A stretch of 63,820 bases of DNA, filler included, from Octopus bimaculoides (lineage: Eukaryota): assembly GCF_001194135.2 (NCBI RefSeq). It is 5 parts of 5 records of this genome, joined end to end, with 100 filler letters (N's around TTAATTAATTAA, not from the genome) between each part and the next. Parts side by side here need not be neighbours in the genome. Positions count along the whole stretch, not along the records: positions 29,672 to 55,821 come from NC_069006.1; 4 more parts are not named here. One strand, 5' to 3'. Below the pieces are notes generated by a model. That model was not told where the DNA came from, did no database searches, and was given only the letters and a program-made list of their open reading frames with translations. This document shows, piece by piece, positions 37,701 through 51,167 of this stretch. Made by a program: the position numbers and the translations under genes. How positions within the stretch are numbered: the first letter of the stretch is position 1; the number at the start of each line of letters is the position of its first letter.

Positions 37701-38140
37701 ATGCTGTGCTTCCTCTCTCTTTCTTTCTCTCTCTCTCTCTCTCTCTGACCACTACTACTACTACTACATCTTCTGCTCCTTGACCCTGTCTCGTGTCACC
37801 CCCATCCAGCTGCTCCAACTCCCACTTTTTCCCTTGTCACCCAATCCTTCTACCCCCCCAGATCATCAGATCATAGAATTTGTTGCTCTCTCACTGTACA
37901 CGTTTTTCCTTCAGTTGTTAGTTTGTTCTTCCAGAGTGAATGTTCGCTTGTTAATGGCAGCATCGACCTTAAGCCTTCTTGGAGACCCTGTTCTGTCCCT
38001 TCTGCGACATCAAACATCCAGCAACCACCCATTCCTCACCAAAACCTTCTCTTTTCTGACACACTTCCTCCAATTTCTCCTTTATACACTCACTCTTGTA
38101 TTCACACATGCATCCATATACACATACTCCAACATGCACG

Positions 38141-38182
<42 letters not shown>

Positions 38183-38984
38183 CATCCACACACACACTCA
38201 CACACACACATGCAGATATTTGCAAAAATACATACACAACACATGCTTTTGTGGGGACACATACGCACATGCAGATAATCACATAATTACATAAATATTC
38301 ATATATACCCACATGCATACGCATACAGATAGTACCATAGATACATAATCATGCACATAGATGCACAGACACACACATACAGATTCCTACACACACATGC
38401 ATACACACACACACATACACGCACGCACAACACCCTCTTCCTGAAACCCATCTCCCACCTCTCCCCTATAATAAACCTGGGTGGGGCCCACTATTAAGTG
38501 CTGCCAACATCATAATAATAGAAACAGGGGAGCGAGTGGGGGAGGGGGATGGTGGGGTTNNNNNNNNNNNNNNNNNNNNNNNNNNNNNNNNNNNNNNNNN
38601 NNNNNNNNNNNNNNNNNNNNNNNNNNNNNNNNNNNNNNNNNNNNNNNNNNNNNNNNNNNNNNNNNNNNNNNNNNNNNNNNNNNNNNNNNNNNNNNNNNNN
38701 NNNNNNNNNNNNNCAAGTGATTGTGGCAAAGAGACCTTGTGGGTCTGTGATGGAGAGGAAATAGAATTCGGTGGGGGTGGGTTATCTTTTAATCTTTGCA
38801 GCTGGCAAAGGTGGGGGGAGGAGGAGGAGGAAGGGAGGGAGGTGGGGACAGAGCCATTGTATTGAAGTGTTGCTGTTGTTTAACCCTGGGAGTCAGTCCT
38901 GATAGAGGTATGCAGACAGACCCGTGACTAAATGTCATTCCAACCATGACCAAGCCAATTGAATGCCAGCTTCATTAATGCATC

Positions 38985-39155
38985 AGATTGAACGACGTGC
39001 AGTATTTATTCATGGCCCTTTAAATTCTGAGTTCAAATTCCACTGAGGTCCACTTTGCCTTTTCATTCTTTTAGGGGTCAATGAGATAAGTACTAGTCAT
39101 CTACTGGGGATCAAGGTAATCAACTAGACTCCTCCATTCAAGACCTGCTGGTCCT
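38985..39155 (+). mobile_element. SINE family B, CpG-decayed
   Basis: TTCTGAGTTCAAATTCCACTGAGGTCCACTTTGCCTTT. Confidence 0.7.
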
Positions 39156-39204
39156 GTGCCAAAATATGAGAGGTCTATTATTGTTATTATTATTATTATT
39201 ATTA

Positions 39205-39247
<43 letters not shown>

Positions 39248-39255
39248 CATCATTA

Positions 39256-39620
39256 TTACTATGTCCGCCTTAGTGAAGGCAGAGGTATTGTTTTCAGTCG
39301 TATTTGTTTGTCCATGGACAAGATATCTCAAGAACCGCCGGATGGATTCGGATGACACTTTCAGGGATGTTTGACCTCATGACTGGCACAAACGGATTAG
39401 ATTCTGGGATCGATCTGGTGCCAGACAAGGATTCTGGATTATTTTTCCGTTTCTTTACTTAATTTTTGAGAGGGGTCAGGTTCATTTTTAGTCTTCTCGT
39501 TTGTGAGAGTAGTCGAGTACAGGGGTCAATGTATTATCAGTTCTGCCAGGGTTGGGTTCTTTTCTTCTTCTCATCTTTCCAAAGGGTCCATGACATAGAT
39601 ACCAGTTATATAGTGGTGCT
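39256..39620 (+). mobile_element. DINE-1/HINE-like non-autonomous element
   Basis: Starts after (ATT)n with hairpin TCCGCC-TTAGTGAA-GGCAGA, then GTATTGTTTTC..GATATCTCAAGAACC..GGATGGATT; pattern recalled, not searched. Confidence 0.4.
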
Positions 39621-39783
39621 GGCCAGTGGAAGGTGGGATGGGGGGATTATGCTAGTTTTTCTCTGTATCCTTCTCCCCAGATTGGTGGCCTTCTGTCATT
39701 TAGGAAATCATTTTGAAAATTGTAAATGGCAGAAGAAAGGGGTGGATAGCATATGCACCCATGCTCAGACATGTAGACACACT

Positions 39784-39942
<159 letters not shown>

Positions 39943-40108
39943 TCACACACACAACCACACTTGTATATACACACATATATGCACACATGTGTATGTACAT
40001 GCATGCTTATTCATATACTTACACTTATAGATATACACATACATATATACAACCACACTGGCATATATAGTAACATAGATAGATGAATATACACACAAGC
40101 ATGCCCAT

Positions 40109-40155
<47 letters not shown>

Positions 40156-40738
40156 CATATGCAATCAAGTATGTGTGCATGTGCACCGCCCCTTCCCCTA
40201 CACATAATAAAATAATGGTGAAAGTTATTGAACCTCTAAAAAGCTGTCAAGTAGTTCAGAAATGGCAGCTAACAGCAGACTTCCTGTTTTAGTGTGTTAG
40301 TAATAAGAAACTGGTGTTTCCTTGACTCAACGAAGGACGAGCTTGTATTGACCTGTCAGAAACAGCAACCAAATCCCCATCAACTCACACCTACACATGA
40401 TTGGTTAATAAAGTTAGTGTTAGCTACCACTTTATCTACTAAAAAGGTAGTGGGGTTGGAGCTGAAGCATTTTTTGTTGTATGTCTGCTTGATCATGGCT
40501 GACCTGGGTGTATGTCTGTATATATGTGTATAAATGTGTGTGTGTGTGTTTTCTCTCTTTATCAACCATTACATCTTGATACACACTCTCTCCCTTCCTC
40601 TTTGCAAATTTCTCTCTCTCTCTCACTCTCTCCCTTTGAAAATCTCTCTCTTTCTCTATTTATATACTTATCTATCTGCCTTTCTCTCTGCTTTTTAAAA
40701 AATATAAATCTATCCTTCCTTCTCTGTTTTTGTCCCAG

Positions 40739-40814
<76 letters not shown>

Positions 40815-40888
40815 NNNNNNNNNNNNNNNNNNNNNNNNNNNNNNNNNNNNNNNNNNNNNNNNNNNNNNNNNNNNNNNNNNNNNNNNNN

Positions 40889-40955
<67 letters not shown>

Positions 40956-41484
40956 CCTCCTCTCTAGTCGCCGCAGCTAGTCACAGTCACCTATGTATGA
41001 CACCAGTTCTGTAAAGAATAACTTTTCTCCCTCTCCACGCCTCCCCCCATCCTGGTTACTGCTCCCTCCAAAATTTGGTCAACTGAACCCTTAACAAAAC
41101 AACACAATACTAGATTGTCCTCCTCTTCCTCCTCAACATACTGACACACCTGCTCTACCTTCAGCAATCACCTTCTCTCTTTCATTGCATACACACCTGT
41201 CACTCATTACATATACACCTGTCCAACATAGGTGTCTGTAGTGCAGTGGGGAAATCGGTAGAGCATGAAACAAAATGCCTTGTGCTGTTTCTGTTTCATT
41301 CCTTGTCCTTTCTGTTCTGAGGTCAAATTTACTTTCCATCTTTTTGGGGATGTGGATAAAAAAAAAAAACCCACCTGGTAAATAAATTGGCAGCAGGTTA
41401 ATTAAAGGTGTTGGTCTATGCCAAGATGCAGTGAGCCAGCAATGGGAGGGAACAAGTGCTCCACCCATCCATGAGGCTTGGACA

Positions 41485-41770
41485 TCAAGTAGACATGAGT
41501 TCAATTCCTGGTGGCGTGTTGTGTCCTTGAGCAAGTCACTTTATTTCCCGTTGCTCCAGTCTACATAACTGGTGAAAGCGAGTTATACTTGTAATTGAAA
41601 AGGGTCCAGCCTTGTCACATTCTGTGTCATGCTGAATCACTCTGAGAACTCTGTTAAGGGTACACATGTCTGTGGAGTACTCGGCCACTTGCATGTTAAT
41701 TTCATGAGCAGGCTGTTTCAGTAATTGGATCAACTGGAACGCATGTTGCTGTAATCAATGGAGTGCCAGT
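41485..41770 (+). mobile_element. Hybrid SINE: family E-type core plus family C-type tail
   Basis: TTGAGCAAGTCACTTTATTTCCCGTTGCTCCAGTC followed by AAGGGTACACATGTCTGTGGAGTACTC..GAGCAGGCTGTT..GGAGTGCCA. Confidence 0.65.
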
Positions 41771-42829
41771 TTTTTTTGTGTATGTAAATACTTATGGACG
41801 TACACATATATTAAAAAAACAATAATGACCAAAACAAAAACTTGTCCCCCCCCACCTACCATCCAACTATTTCACTCTTAATAGTACAATAGACTGTAGT
41901 ACAGTAGTAGTGGTGGTGGTGGTGGTAGGAGATATTTTTTAGTGAGGTTGTGTTATTTTTTTATCCTAATCCTCAGTGATTAACTCAAGATTAACTGATT
42001 TAGTGTGTGGGTGTGTGTATACATGCATATATGAATGTATGTCTGCAAAGGTATGTATGTGTGTGTGTGTGTGTGTGTGAGTGTATGCATGTGGAAGTGT
42101 GTGTGTGTGGGTGTCATAATCTATTCATGAGTTGGAGTTGAGCTGGTGTCAGTCTTACTGACTTCTTGTAACCATGTCCATCCATCCAGCTTCTCCACCG
42201 ACGGTTTCTTGGCAGGGTCACACGGGGTAGAGTCCTCAGCCCCCACCTCCATACAGAAGCATCTCATTCTGTGTCATGTGTTTTGTTTTTATATACAAGA
42301 GCCATTTAGCAATTTATAATTTGAGGGTGATTAGGCTATTATTTCTAGCTGGTTGACTGACCACATAGAGGTAGGTTTCTTTCTTGAGGATTAATTCATT
42401 AACTGTCATGTGATGACATAAATCTTCTCTTAATTCCATCCTGACTTTGCCTGACACAACTCCATATTGTAATCTAATCTGCCATCTTGGCACCAATCTC
42501 GTTATTTATGTTGCATTTAATTTATAACATTCTTTGTTTTAGCTGTCATGGTTAAGCCCATGCTGGAGTACCAGTTTATATGCTTTAAAAACATCAAGTC
42601 TTTTCATATTCCATATTGGGAACAATTCATTAGGCCAGTACAAAAGGTCATTTGGCCAAAGCCACATATTTTGGTCTTATTTGATGGCCTCAGTGATGCA
42701 TAGAGTTTGTTATTCACAAGAATAATTGCTATAATGAAGACTAATTAATAAGCATGCCCTGATTACTAATGGTCTTCCTACCAGTTCACCTCATCATTGT
42801 TTAACATTGGCCTTCTTCGCTGGCTTGGG

Positions 42830-43190
42830 GTTGGCTAGTTTGACAGGAGATGATGGCCAAGTAGAAGACTACCCCAGGCTACTATGTCAGTTTTGACAGG
42901 GATTTTATGACTGGATGCCCTTCCTAATGCCAACCACTCCATAGAGTGGACTGAGTGCTTTTTACATGGCACCAGCACAGGCAAGGTCAGTTTTGGCAAG
43001 GTTTTTATAGCTGGTTGCCCTTCCAAATGCCAACCACCCAGCAAAGTGGACTGAGTGCTTTTTATGTGGCACCAGCACGAGAATGGTTTTTACACTTGGA
43101 TGCCCTTCCAAACACCAACCAATTTACGGTATGGATTGGATGCTTTTTATGTGGCACCAGCACTGGCAGGGTAACCAGGTAACTTGCAAG
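42830..43190 (-). mobile_element. Family D (RTE 3' UTR) with repeated GTGCTTTT(T)AYRTGGCACCAGCAC modules
   Basis: GGATGCCCTTCC and GTGCTTTT..GGCACCAGCAC recur 3-4 times. Confidence 0.7.
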
Positions 43191-43232
43191 ACAAAGATCC
43201 TTTGTGAGGGGAGGGGCCGGAGGAATTGGGGC

Positions 43233-43275
<43 letters not shown>

Positions 43276-43386
43276 CTTCCTACTACAGGGACAGGGCTTG
43301 AAATTTGTGGGGAGAGAGTCAGTCAATTACATTGACTCTAGTACATGTGTTGTTCTCTGTTCCACCCTCACAGCTGTTGATCTCAC

Positions 43387-43422
<36 letters not shown>

Positions 43423-43537
43423 CACCACCACCACCACCACCACCACTACTAGTGGCAGCAGATCAATTCTTTTATAAGACATACTGTAGTGATAGGATTC
43501 TGTTGGTGACAGCTGCAGCTGTTATGTGCACTCACAC

Positions 43538-43583
<46 letters not shown>

Positions 43584-44094
43584 ACACACGTGCACACACA
43601 CACACAACTGCTACCATCATCATCATCATCATCAAGAACCTGTCTAGTCAGTACACATATAATGTACTGACTGACTACCTCCCTCCCCCTCCCTCCCACT
43701 CTCTCTCACTCTCTACCCCTGCCCACCACCACACCAAAGACACTCTCTTCCCCCTTCACCACCCTGTCCTGCCCTCAACACTATGGTCACAGAAAAAGTG
43801 ATGTATCCTTTTTAACCACCATGACCACCACCACGGGCTAAACAGTAACAACATTAATAGCATGAGGATCCTCTTGCATGAGAATCTCTATAGGGTCATT
43901 CAACCTGCCAGAAACAGCAGTCAATCCACCCTGCCATCTCAGGAATAGGAAGGCCAATTAGTGTAGTCTTAGATACAATGTGTAAAATATGCAAATGTAG
44001 GCAGCTTGGTCACAGCTTGAACTTGTCTGAGCAGAATGTCTGCCAGATCAGTGCTGACTACTACTACTACAAACAATCCCACAAAGTCAGTTAC

Positions 44095-44249
44095 CTCAGC
44101 TCTTATTCTATCGGTCATTTTTGCCGAACTGCTAAGTTACGGGGACGTAAACACACCAGCATCAGTTGTCAAGCGATGTTAGGGGGGACAAACACAGACA
44201 CAAACATATACACACACATACATATATGCGACGGGCTTCTTTCAGTTTC
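44095..44249 (-). mobile_element. SINE family A fragment running into a ~980-bp gap
   Basis: TATTCTATCGGTC..GCTAAGTTACGGGGACGTAAACAC..GACGGGCTTCTTTCAGTTTC. Confidence 0.85.
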
Positions 44250-45226
44250 NNNNNNNNNNNNNNNNNNNNNNNNNNNNNNNNNNNNNNNNNNNNNNNNNNN
44301 NNNNNNNNNNNNNNNNNNNNNNNNNNNNNNNNNNNNNNNNNNNNNNNNNNNNNNNNNNNNNNNNNNNNNNNNNNNNNNNNNNNNNNNNNNNNNNNNNNNN
44401 NNNNNNNNNNNNNNNNNNNNNNNNNNNNNNNNNNNNNNNNNNNNNNNNNNNNNNNNNNNNNNNNNNNNNNNNNNNNNNNNNNNNNNNNNNNNNNNNNNNN
44501 NNNNNNNNNNNNNNNNNNNNNNNNNNNNNNNNNNNNNNNNNNNNNNNNNNNNNNNNNNNNNNNNNNNNNNNNNNNNNNNNNNNNNNNNNNNNNNNNNNNN
44601 NNNNNNNNNNNNNNNNNNNNNNNNNNNNNNNNNNNNNNNNNNNNNNNNNNNNNNNNNNNNNNNNNNNNNNNNNNNNNNNNNNNNNNNNNNNNNNNNNNNN
44701 NNNNNNNNNNNNNNNNNNNNNNNNNNNNNNNNNNNNNNNNNNNNNNNNNNNNNNNNNNNNNNNNNNNNNNNNNNNNNNNNNNNNNNNNNNNNNNNNNNNN
44801 NNNNNNNNNNNNNNNNNNNNNNNNNNNNNNNNNNNNNNNNNNNNNNNNNNNNNNNNNNNNNNNNNNNNNNNNNNNNNNNNNNNNNNNNNNNNNNNNNNNN
44901 NNNNNNNNNNNNNNNNNNNNNNNNNNNNNNNNNNNNNNNNNNNNNNNNNNNNNNNNNNNNNNNNNNNNNNNNNNNNNNNNNNNNNNNNNNNNNNNNNNNN
45001 NNNNNNNNNNNNNNNNNNNNNNNNNNNNNNNNNNNNNNNNNNNNNNNNNNNNNNNNNNNNNNNNNNNNNNNNNNNNNNNNNNNNNNNNNNNNNNNNNNNN
45101 NNNNNNNNNNNNNNNNNNNNNNNNNNNNNNNNNNNNNNNNNNNNNNNNNNNNNNNNNNNNNNNNNNNNNNNNNNNNNNNNNNNNNNNNNNNNNNNNNNNN
45201 NNNNNNNNNNNNNNNNNNNNNNNNNN

Positions 45227-45265
<39 letters not shown>

Positions 45266-47987
45266 GTGTGTGTGTGAACATAAGCATACACACATACACA
45301 TGCATATATATATATGTATACACATGCATATATGCATGTATGTATTTGTGTGTGTGTGTATAGATATAGATACTACATACATGTATATATTTCTGTATAC
45401 ATGTGTGTGTGTGAGCACATACGTAGACACACGCACACACACACACACACACACACGTGTATGCGTATACATTTACCCTAAGTTTTGGAGGGGAAGGAAG
45501 TTACAGAAGGCATTTAGTTACCAAAACCCTCCTGCCCATCTCCCGCTTCGACCCTTCTCTCTCTCTCTCCCCCACTCTTGGCTGCAGTTTCACCTATTTT
45601 TGAGGTTTTCATGGTGGTGGTGGTGGTGGTGGTGGCGGCGGCAGCGGCGTTGATGGTGGCGGCAATGATGATGATGGTTGTGGTGGTTGTGTCGGTGGTT
45701 ACATAACAGAAGGATGTCGAAGATTAAGTTCAGCACATCTCATTGGCAAGAAGTTAAAGAGCACTCACACCACCACCACTACGACTTCTACAACCATGAA
45801 GACTACCACAACCACCACCACCACCACCACTATCACTTTGACAGTTATCCCCCCCCCCTCAGTATCACTAGCTATACCATCATTGCCACTACCCCCAATG
45901 CTATAATCACCACCTCCACCACCATCCCTACCACCATTAGAATCTACTCCTGTTTATTGTTATTCTCAATGTCCTCTTTGACTTCATTTCTGTAATGGAA
46001 GTGGGGGGGGGATTATGAGGGTGGTGGGTTGTGAGGAGAGGAGGGAAAGGCTGGACGGTGTGGGGTGGGGAGCATGGGATGTAGTGGGAGATAGAAAGAC
46101 TTGGTGCAAGAAACGATGGGGTGGGTGTGTGGGGAGTGATGGTGGCATAGGGGTGGAGGTGGATAAAACAGGGGGTGAGTGTTCTCTCACCCCATCATGA
46201 CCACCACACTCTCTCTCTCTCTCTCACAACCATCTCAACATTCTACCTCCTCTTCCACCTCCACCACCACCACCATCCTCACCCAGTAAGCCCAGAGTAT
46301 TTCTTCCACAAACAGGGACTATAGCGTGACCAGGAACAGTAGCAGCATCACCACAGAAGGAGCCAACACCTGACCCCCCTCCAGCCCCACCCTGCACACT
46401 TCTTTACACTCCACCCCACCAAATGTAACAGAACACGCTGCACCACAGTAATGACGGCCAGCTGCACCATGTCTGCGTTTATATACACCCACAGCAATAA
46501 TGAGGGCGGCAGTATATAACATAACTCACACCAACACACATATATATATATACACACATACACACACATACACGTATGTATGTGTATATATACGTATATA
46601 TTTATGTGTATATGCAGACCCACAGACCTAGTTTAGGGAGGTTTCACATGTTCTGAAAATAAGATGGGGTGGCCATGGCTAGATTGCTTTGATCATAGAT
46701 CTGTTTGAGCCACGTTGACTTATGGGCTAAACATATACACACACACACACACACCATACATGCCAAGGCATACATTTGTATAGAGAAGATGAACAATAGA
46801 GAGGCTGGCACACACACACACACACACACACGCTGAGGCAGATTGTGTTTTACACACATACTGACAGATGTATATAGACAGACTGTTCTAGATAGTTATA
46901 TAAGCTAGACTGATAGACAGACAGATGCCAACTCAGCTAGATTCCTTGATAGACATACAACTCGGGTGTCATCAATTTGACTTCCAAAACTTGGAGGAAG
47001 AAACTGGCAAAGGAAATGAGTGTGTAGTCGATATATATACATACACATATATATATATGAATATGCAGACAAATAGATATAAACAGACATACAAACACAC
47101 ACACACGCATAGAGAGAGAGGCATAGACAAACAGACAGATTTACAGGTAGATATAGAGACAAACAGACAGACAGATATGTAAATTGGATAGATTTGATTC
47201 TTTACATAAAATCTGTTGCAATCCCATGATGTGTTAGCAACTAAAAAAGTGGAGAGAGAGAGTTCTGAGATAAAGGTAATGCCAGTTTACCCCGAGAGAG
47301 TTGCCTGTTAACATTTTCAGTTTCCTGCAGAAACAAAATACGAAATAAAATAAAAAAAAAATTAAAAGCAATTGGAAAAAATTTTACAAAATTTCGAAGA
47401 ATGGAATCTAATCAACAAATTTTATAGAAATTAAATTTCTTTGATTCCCTTTTAATGTTACTGAATACCTGCAGAAACAAACAAAGAAAAATCAGGAAGA
47501 AAAACCCCCCAAAAATACAGGAAAAGTAAAAATTACCAAAATATTCACAAAAATATTGATGGAAAAGAATTTAAGGAGCAACTTTTGGATAAATTTTACG
47601 TTTCGTTTTTGAAATCCAAAACAGAAGAAGAAATATTCTGGAGTGGAACTGTGTGTGTGAGTGTGTTGGTCATAAATGGCTAAGGCTGATCTTCCTGAAT
47701 CTCCTGAGGATCTTTTACGTCTTCATCAACAACTTGTTTGGCTTGGTAAGGAAGAGGAAGTGGTGGCTTACATTACTTGCTTTTCTTTTTTTCTCATTTT
47801 ATGTTGTTTTTATTCCTTCTCGTTCATCCATTCCTTCCTTCCTTCCTTTCTCTCTTTCTCTTCATTCACTTTTGTTTGTTTCTTCAGTTATTTCATTCCT
47901 CATTAACCAGACTTACAGGAATGCAACAGTTGCATGTCTTATTTTCTTTGTAGTGTAGTTTACTGTTGTTTGTGTATACATACATAC

Positions 47988-48043
<56 letters not shown>

Positions 48044-48096
48044 TTTTATGTATGTTATATATATATGTATTTATATATGTGTATATTTGTGTGTGA

Positions 48097-48130
<34 letters not shown>

Positions 48131-48510
48131 GCTTTTATGTATGTTATATATACACATACATTTTTATGCTAGCATGGAAAATAGACATTAAACAATGATG
48201 ATGGTAATCATATATATGTGTGTGTGTTTGTGTATATATGGATAAAAATGCATAACAATTACGTCCAGATTACAAATATTTTAGAAACGAATTCAGACAC
48301 CTAGATGTCATTTGAAAATTTTAAAAATCCTTTCCATTCTGGTTCTGAAGAGCTGGTTCTGATGTGGATGGGCTCTACACTCATGAAACTTCAAGTAATG
48401 TGCAACTCAGTCATACTTATAACCTCAACAAATGTATTATATACTTTACTTCTTTCTTGCATTTGTTTGCCTCACTCATGTTTATATATGTACACACACA
48501 TACATGTGGA

Positions 48511-48549
<39 letters not shown>

Positions 48550-48559
48550 GTAGTTGTGG

Positions 48560-48912
48560 CTGATGCCAGTGCCACTGTACTTGCACCTGTACCAGTGGCA
48601 TGTTAAAAACACCATTTGAGCATGGCCAATACCAGTGCTGCCTGACTGGCTCCCGTACCAGTGGCATATAAAAAGCACCATTTGAGCGTGGTCGATGCCA
48701 GTGCCGCCTTACTGGCCCTCATGCTGGTGGCATGTAAAAAGCACCCACTACACTCTCAGAGTGGTTGGTGTTAGGAAGGGCATCCAGCTGTAGAAACTCT
48801 GCCAGATCAGATTGGAGCCTGGTGCAGCCTCTTGGCTTGCCAGTCCTCAGCCAAACCATTCAACCCATGTCAGCATGGAAAGCAGATGTTAAACGACGAT
48901 GATGATGATGAT
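48560..48912 (+). mobile_element. Family D (RTE 3' UTR)
   Basis: TGGCATRTAAAAAGCACC modules, GTTAGGAAGGGCATCCAGCTGTAG, (GAT)n tail. Confidence 0.8.
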
Positions 48913-49128
48913 TATATATATATATATATATATATATATCCATAAAAATGTCTTCTGTGAAATGTGTTCTTACACCATGTTTTGTGGTTTCCAAAAACAT
49001 TTGGAGGTTATTGTTTGTGGTGGTGGTGGCCTGTTGGGTTAAATGAGTCTCAGGCACCCTTATTGCTCTGCCACCCCTATTGCTTTGCAGGGGGATAGAA
49101 GGTGTCGGGCAAAGGTTTGGTTGGGTGT

Positions 49129-49159
<31 letters not shown>

Positions 49160-49949
49160 CATGCGTCCTTGTGTGTTTGTGTGTGTAGGGATTTACCTGT
49201 TGTAAACAATGCTGTTTCCATGAACACTGTTGGCACCCTGTATTGTAAAGGGGGGCGGGGTAGTTTGTGACGGGTTGTAAGGAGGTAGTGGTAACCACCA
49301 CCACCACCACCACTACTACTGTTGCTACTGCTGCTATCATCCATTCAAATTGTAATTCATACCATCTGGAATCATTTACAGATTCACTTTGTGCTCTCCC
49401 CACCTCCAATCCCACGAGAGGCCTTCCTGTGTGATTTGCACTTCTAATTAGATATATAATTGGCCTCAGTTAGTCTTTCTCTCTCTCTCTCTCTCAACCC
49501 CTTTCAACTGCATCCATCATACAACTTCCTCCACCACTGCCACTAGGCAGAGGAAGACCCTCACCTCCTCCTCTCCTGCTCTTCCTCACCAAAGGGAAGC
49601 TGTTGGGTCACTGGTAAGTGGAGTGGATGGGTGAGTGGAGGGAAGGTGTGGTTACTAAATGGACCGATCTTGACTCTGGAGGAAGAGGACAGTTGTCCTT
49701 GCTGGGTCACAGACATCTTGTGCTTTTGTGCCTCCAACCTGAATAATCTTAGGTGGTTACCTACCCCCATCCCTTTTCAACAGTGAGGTGGGGGGGGGTC
49801 TTTTCTTGTTATTTTGTTTCTTATTATTCACCCCCAGGAGATTTTAACTTTTTTATTCAAAAGTAATGCCCTCCTTTCTTTAATTTGGGGTCGTCCTGTA
49901 TCCAACATTTTGAGCCCTTGTGGACAACAACAACAACAACAATAATCCT

Positions 49950-50163
49950 TGCTACTGGAAGCACAAGGCCTGAAATTTGGGTGAAGGGATTCAGTCGATT
50001 ACATCAACCTCAGTGCGTAACTAGTACTTATTTAATCGACCCCGACAGGATGAAAGGCAAAGTCGACCCCAGCGGAATTTGAACTCAGAATGTAGTGACA
50101 GGCAAATTACCGCTAAACATTTTGCCCAGTGTTCTAACGATTTTGCCAGCTCGCTATCTTAAC

Positions 50164-50208
<45 letters not shown>

Positions 50209-50500
50209 NNNNNNNNNNATAATAATAATAATAATAATAATAATAAACCTTTCTATTATAGGCACAAGAACTGAAATATTGGGGAGGGGACAGCTGGCAG
50301 AATTGTTAGCATTTCAGGCAAAATGCTTAGTGGCATTTCGTATGTCTTTACGTTCTGAGTTCAAATTCCACCGAGGTCAACTTTGCCTTTAATCCTTTTG
50401 GGGGTCGATAAAATAAGTTTCAGTTGAGTCTTGGGTCGATGTAATTGACTCATCCCCTCTCCTGAAATTGCTGGCCTTGTGCCAAAATTTGAAATCATTA
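49950..50500. mobile_element. Divergent pair of SINE family B copies around (AAT)n
   Basis: Minus copy 49950-50160 and plus copy 50290-50500, with (AAT)n at 50165-50245. Confidence 0.8.
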
Positions 50501-50945
50501 TTATTACAGGAGCTCTTTAAGTGTTCATTAATTAAAAATAAAAAATGCATTAAAGTGTGATTGTGGGGAGATTTGGCTGTTATGTCTAGCAGGTTAAGCT
50601 ACCACCAAAGATCCTCTACTCCTGGCCTCGTTAGCTCATCAAACCATCATAATTAGAACTAGATAATGACTCAGTATCATACTTAAATACATTACCATCA
50701 TTAGAACACTTCGTTTATGTTGATTGCCTTCCTGCTGTGCCATGACGAATGACCGACCGAACGTAACGTCTCTGTTTATAATTCCAGGTCATCTTGGTTT
50801 AGTTCAGGACCAACACATTTCTAGTTTATTAGTGTCTCTTCACTGACCTTTCTCCTCACACTGGTTGGTCATGGAAACGATGCCAGGTTATTACAACATG
50901 TCTTCCACTCAAGGTTTGCCTTAGGTCAGAGTTTAATGTGTTTAA

Positions 50946-51167
50946 CTCTTTTAGCATCCAGATTAGGCTGTCAAGTGCTAATCCGTATTCATTCACAATG
51001 TTTTGAATTAATGCTGGATTATCTCATAGCTTTGAGATTTCAATGATGTGATTGTTTATTTTTAGAATGACATTGTAGGATAGGTGTGAGAGGCTGGATC
51101 TGGCCAGTGTGAACATAAACCACATAGAATATTTGGGCTGGACATGGCCAGTTTAAATGCTTAAGGG
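50946..51167. mobile_element. piggyBac-type MITE (~220 bp)
   Basis: TTAA at 50942-50945 and 51169-51172; imperfect TIRs CTCTTTTAGCAT / ATGCTTAAGGG. Confidence 0.55.

Noticed and set aside
45678-45995. His/Thr-rich ORF
   Set aside because: (CAC)n low-complexity DNA with no splice or homology support.
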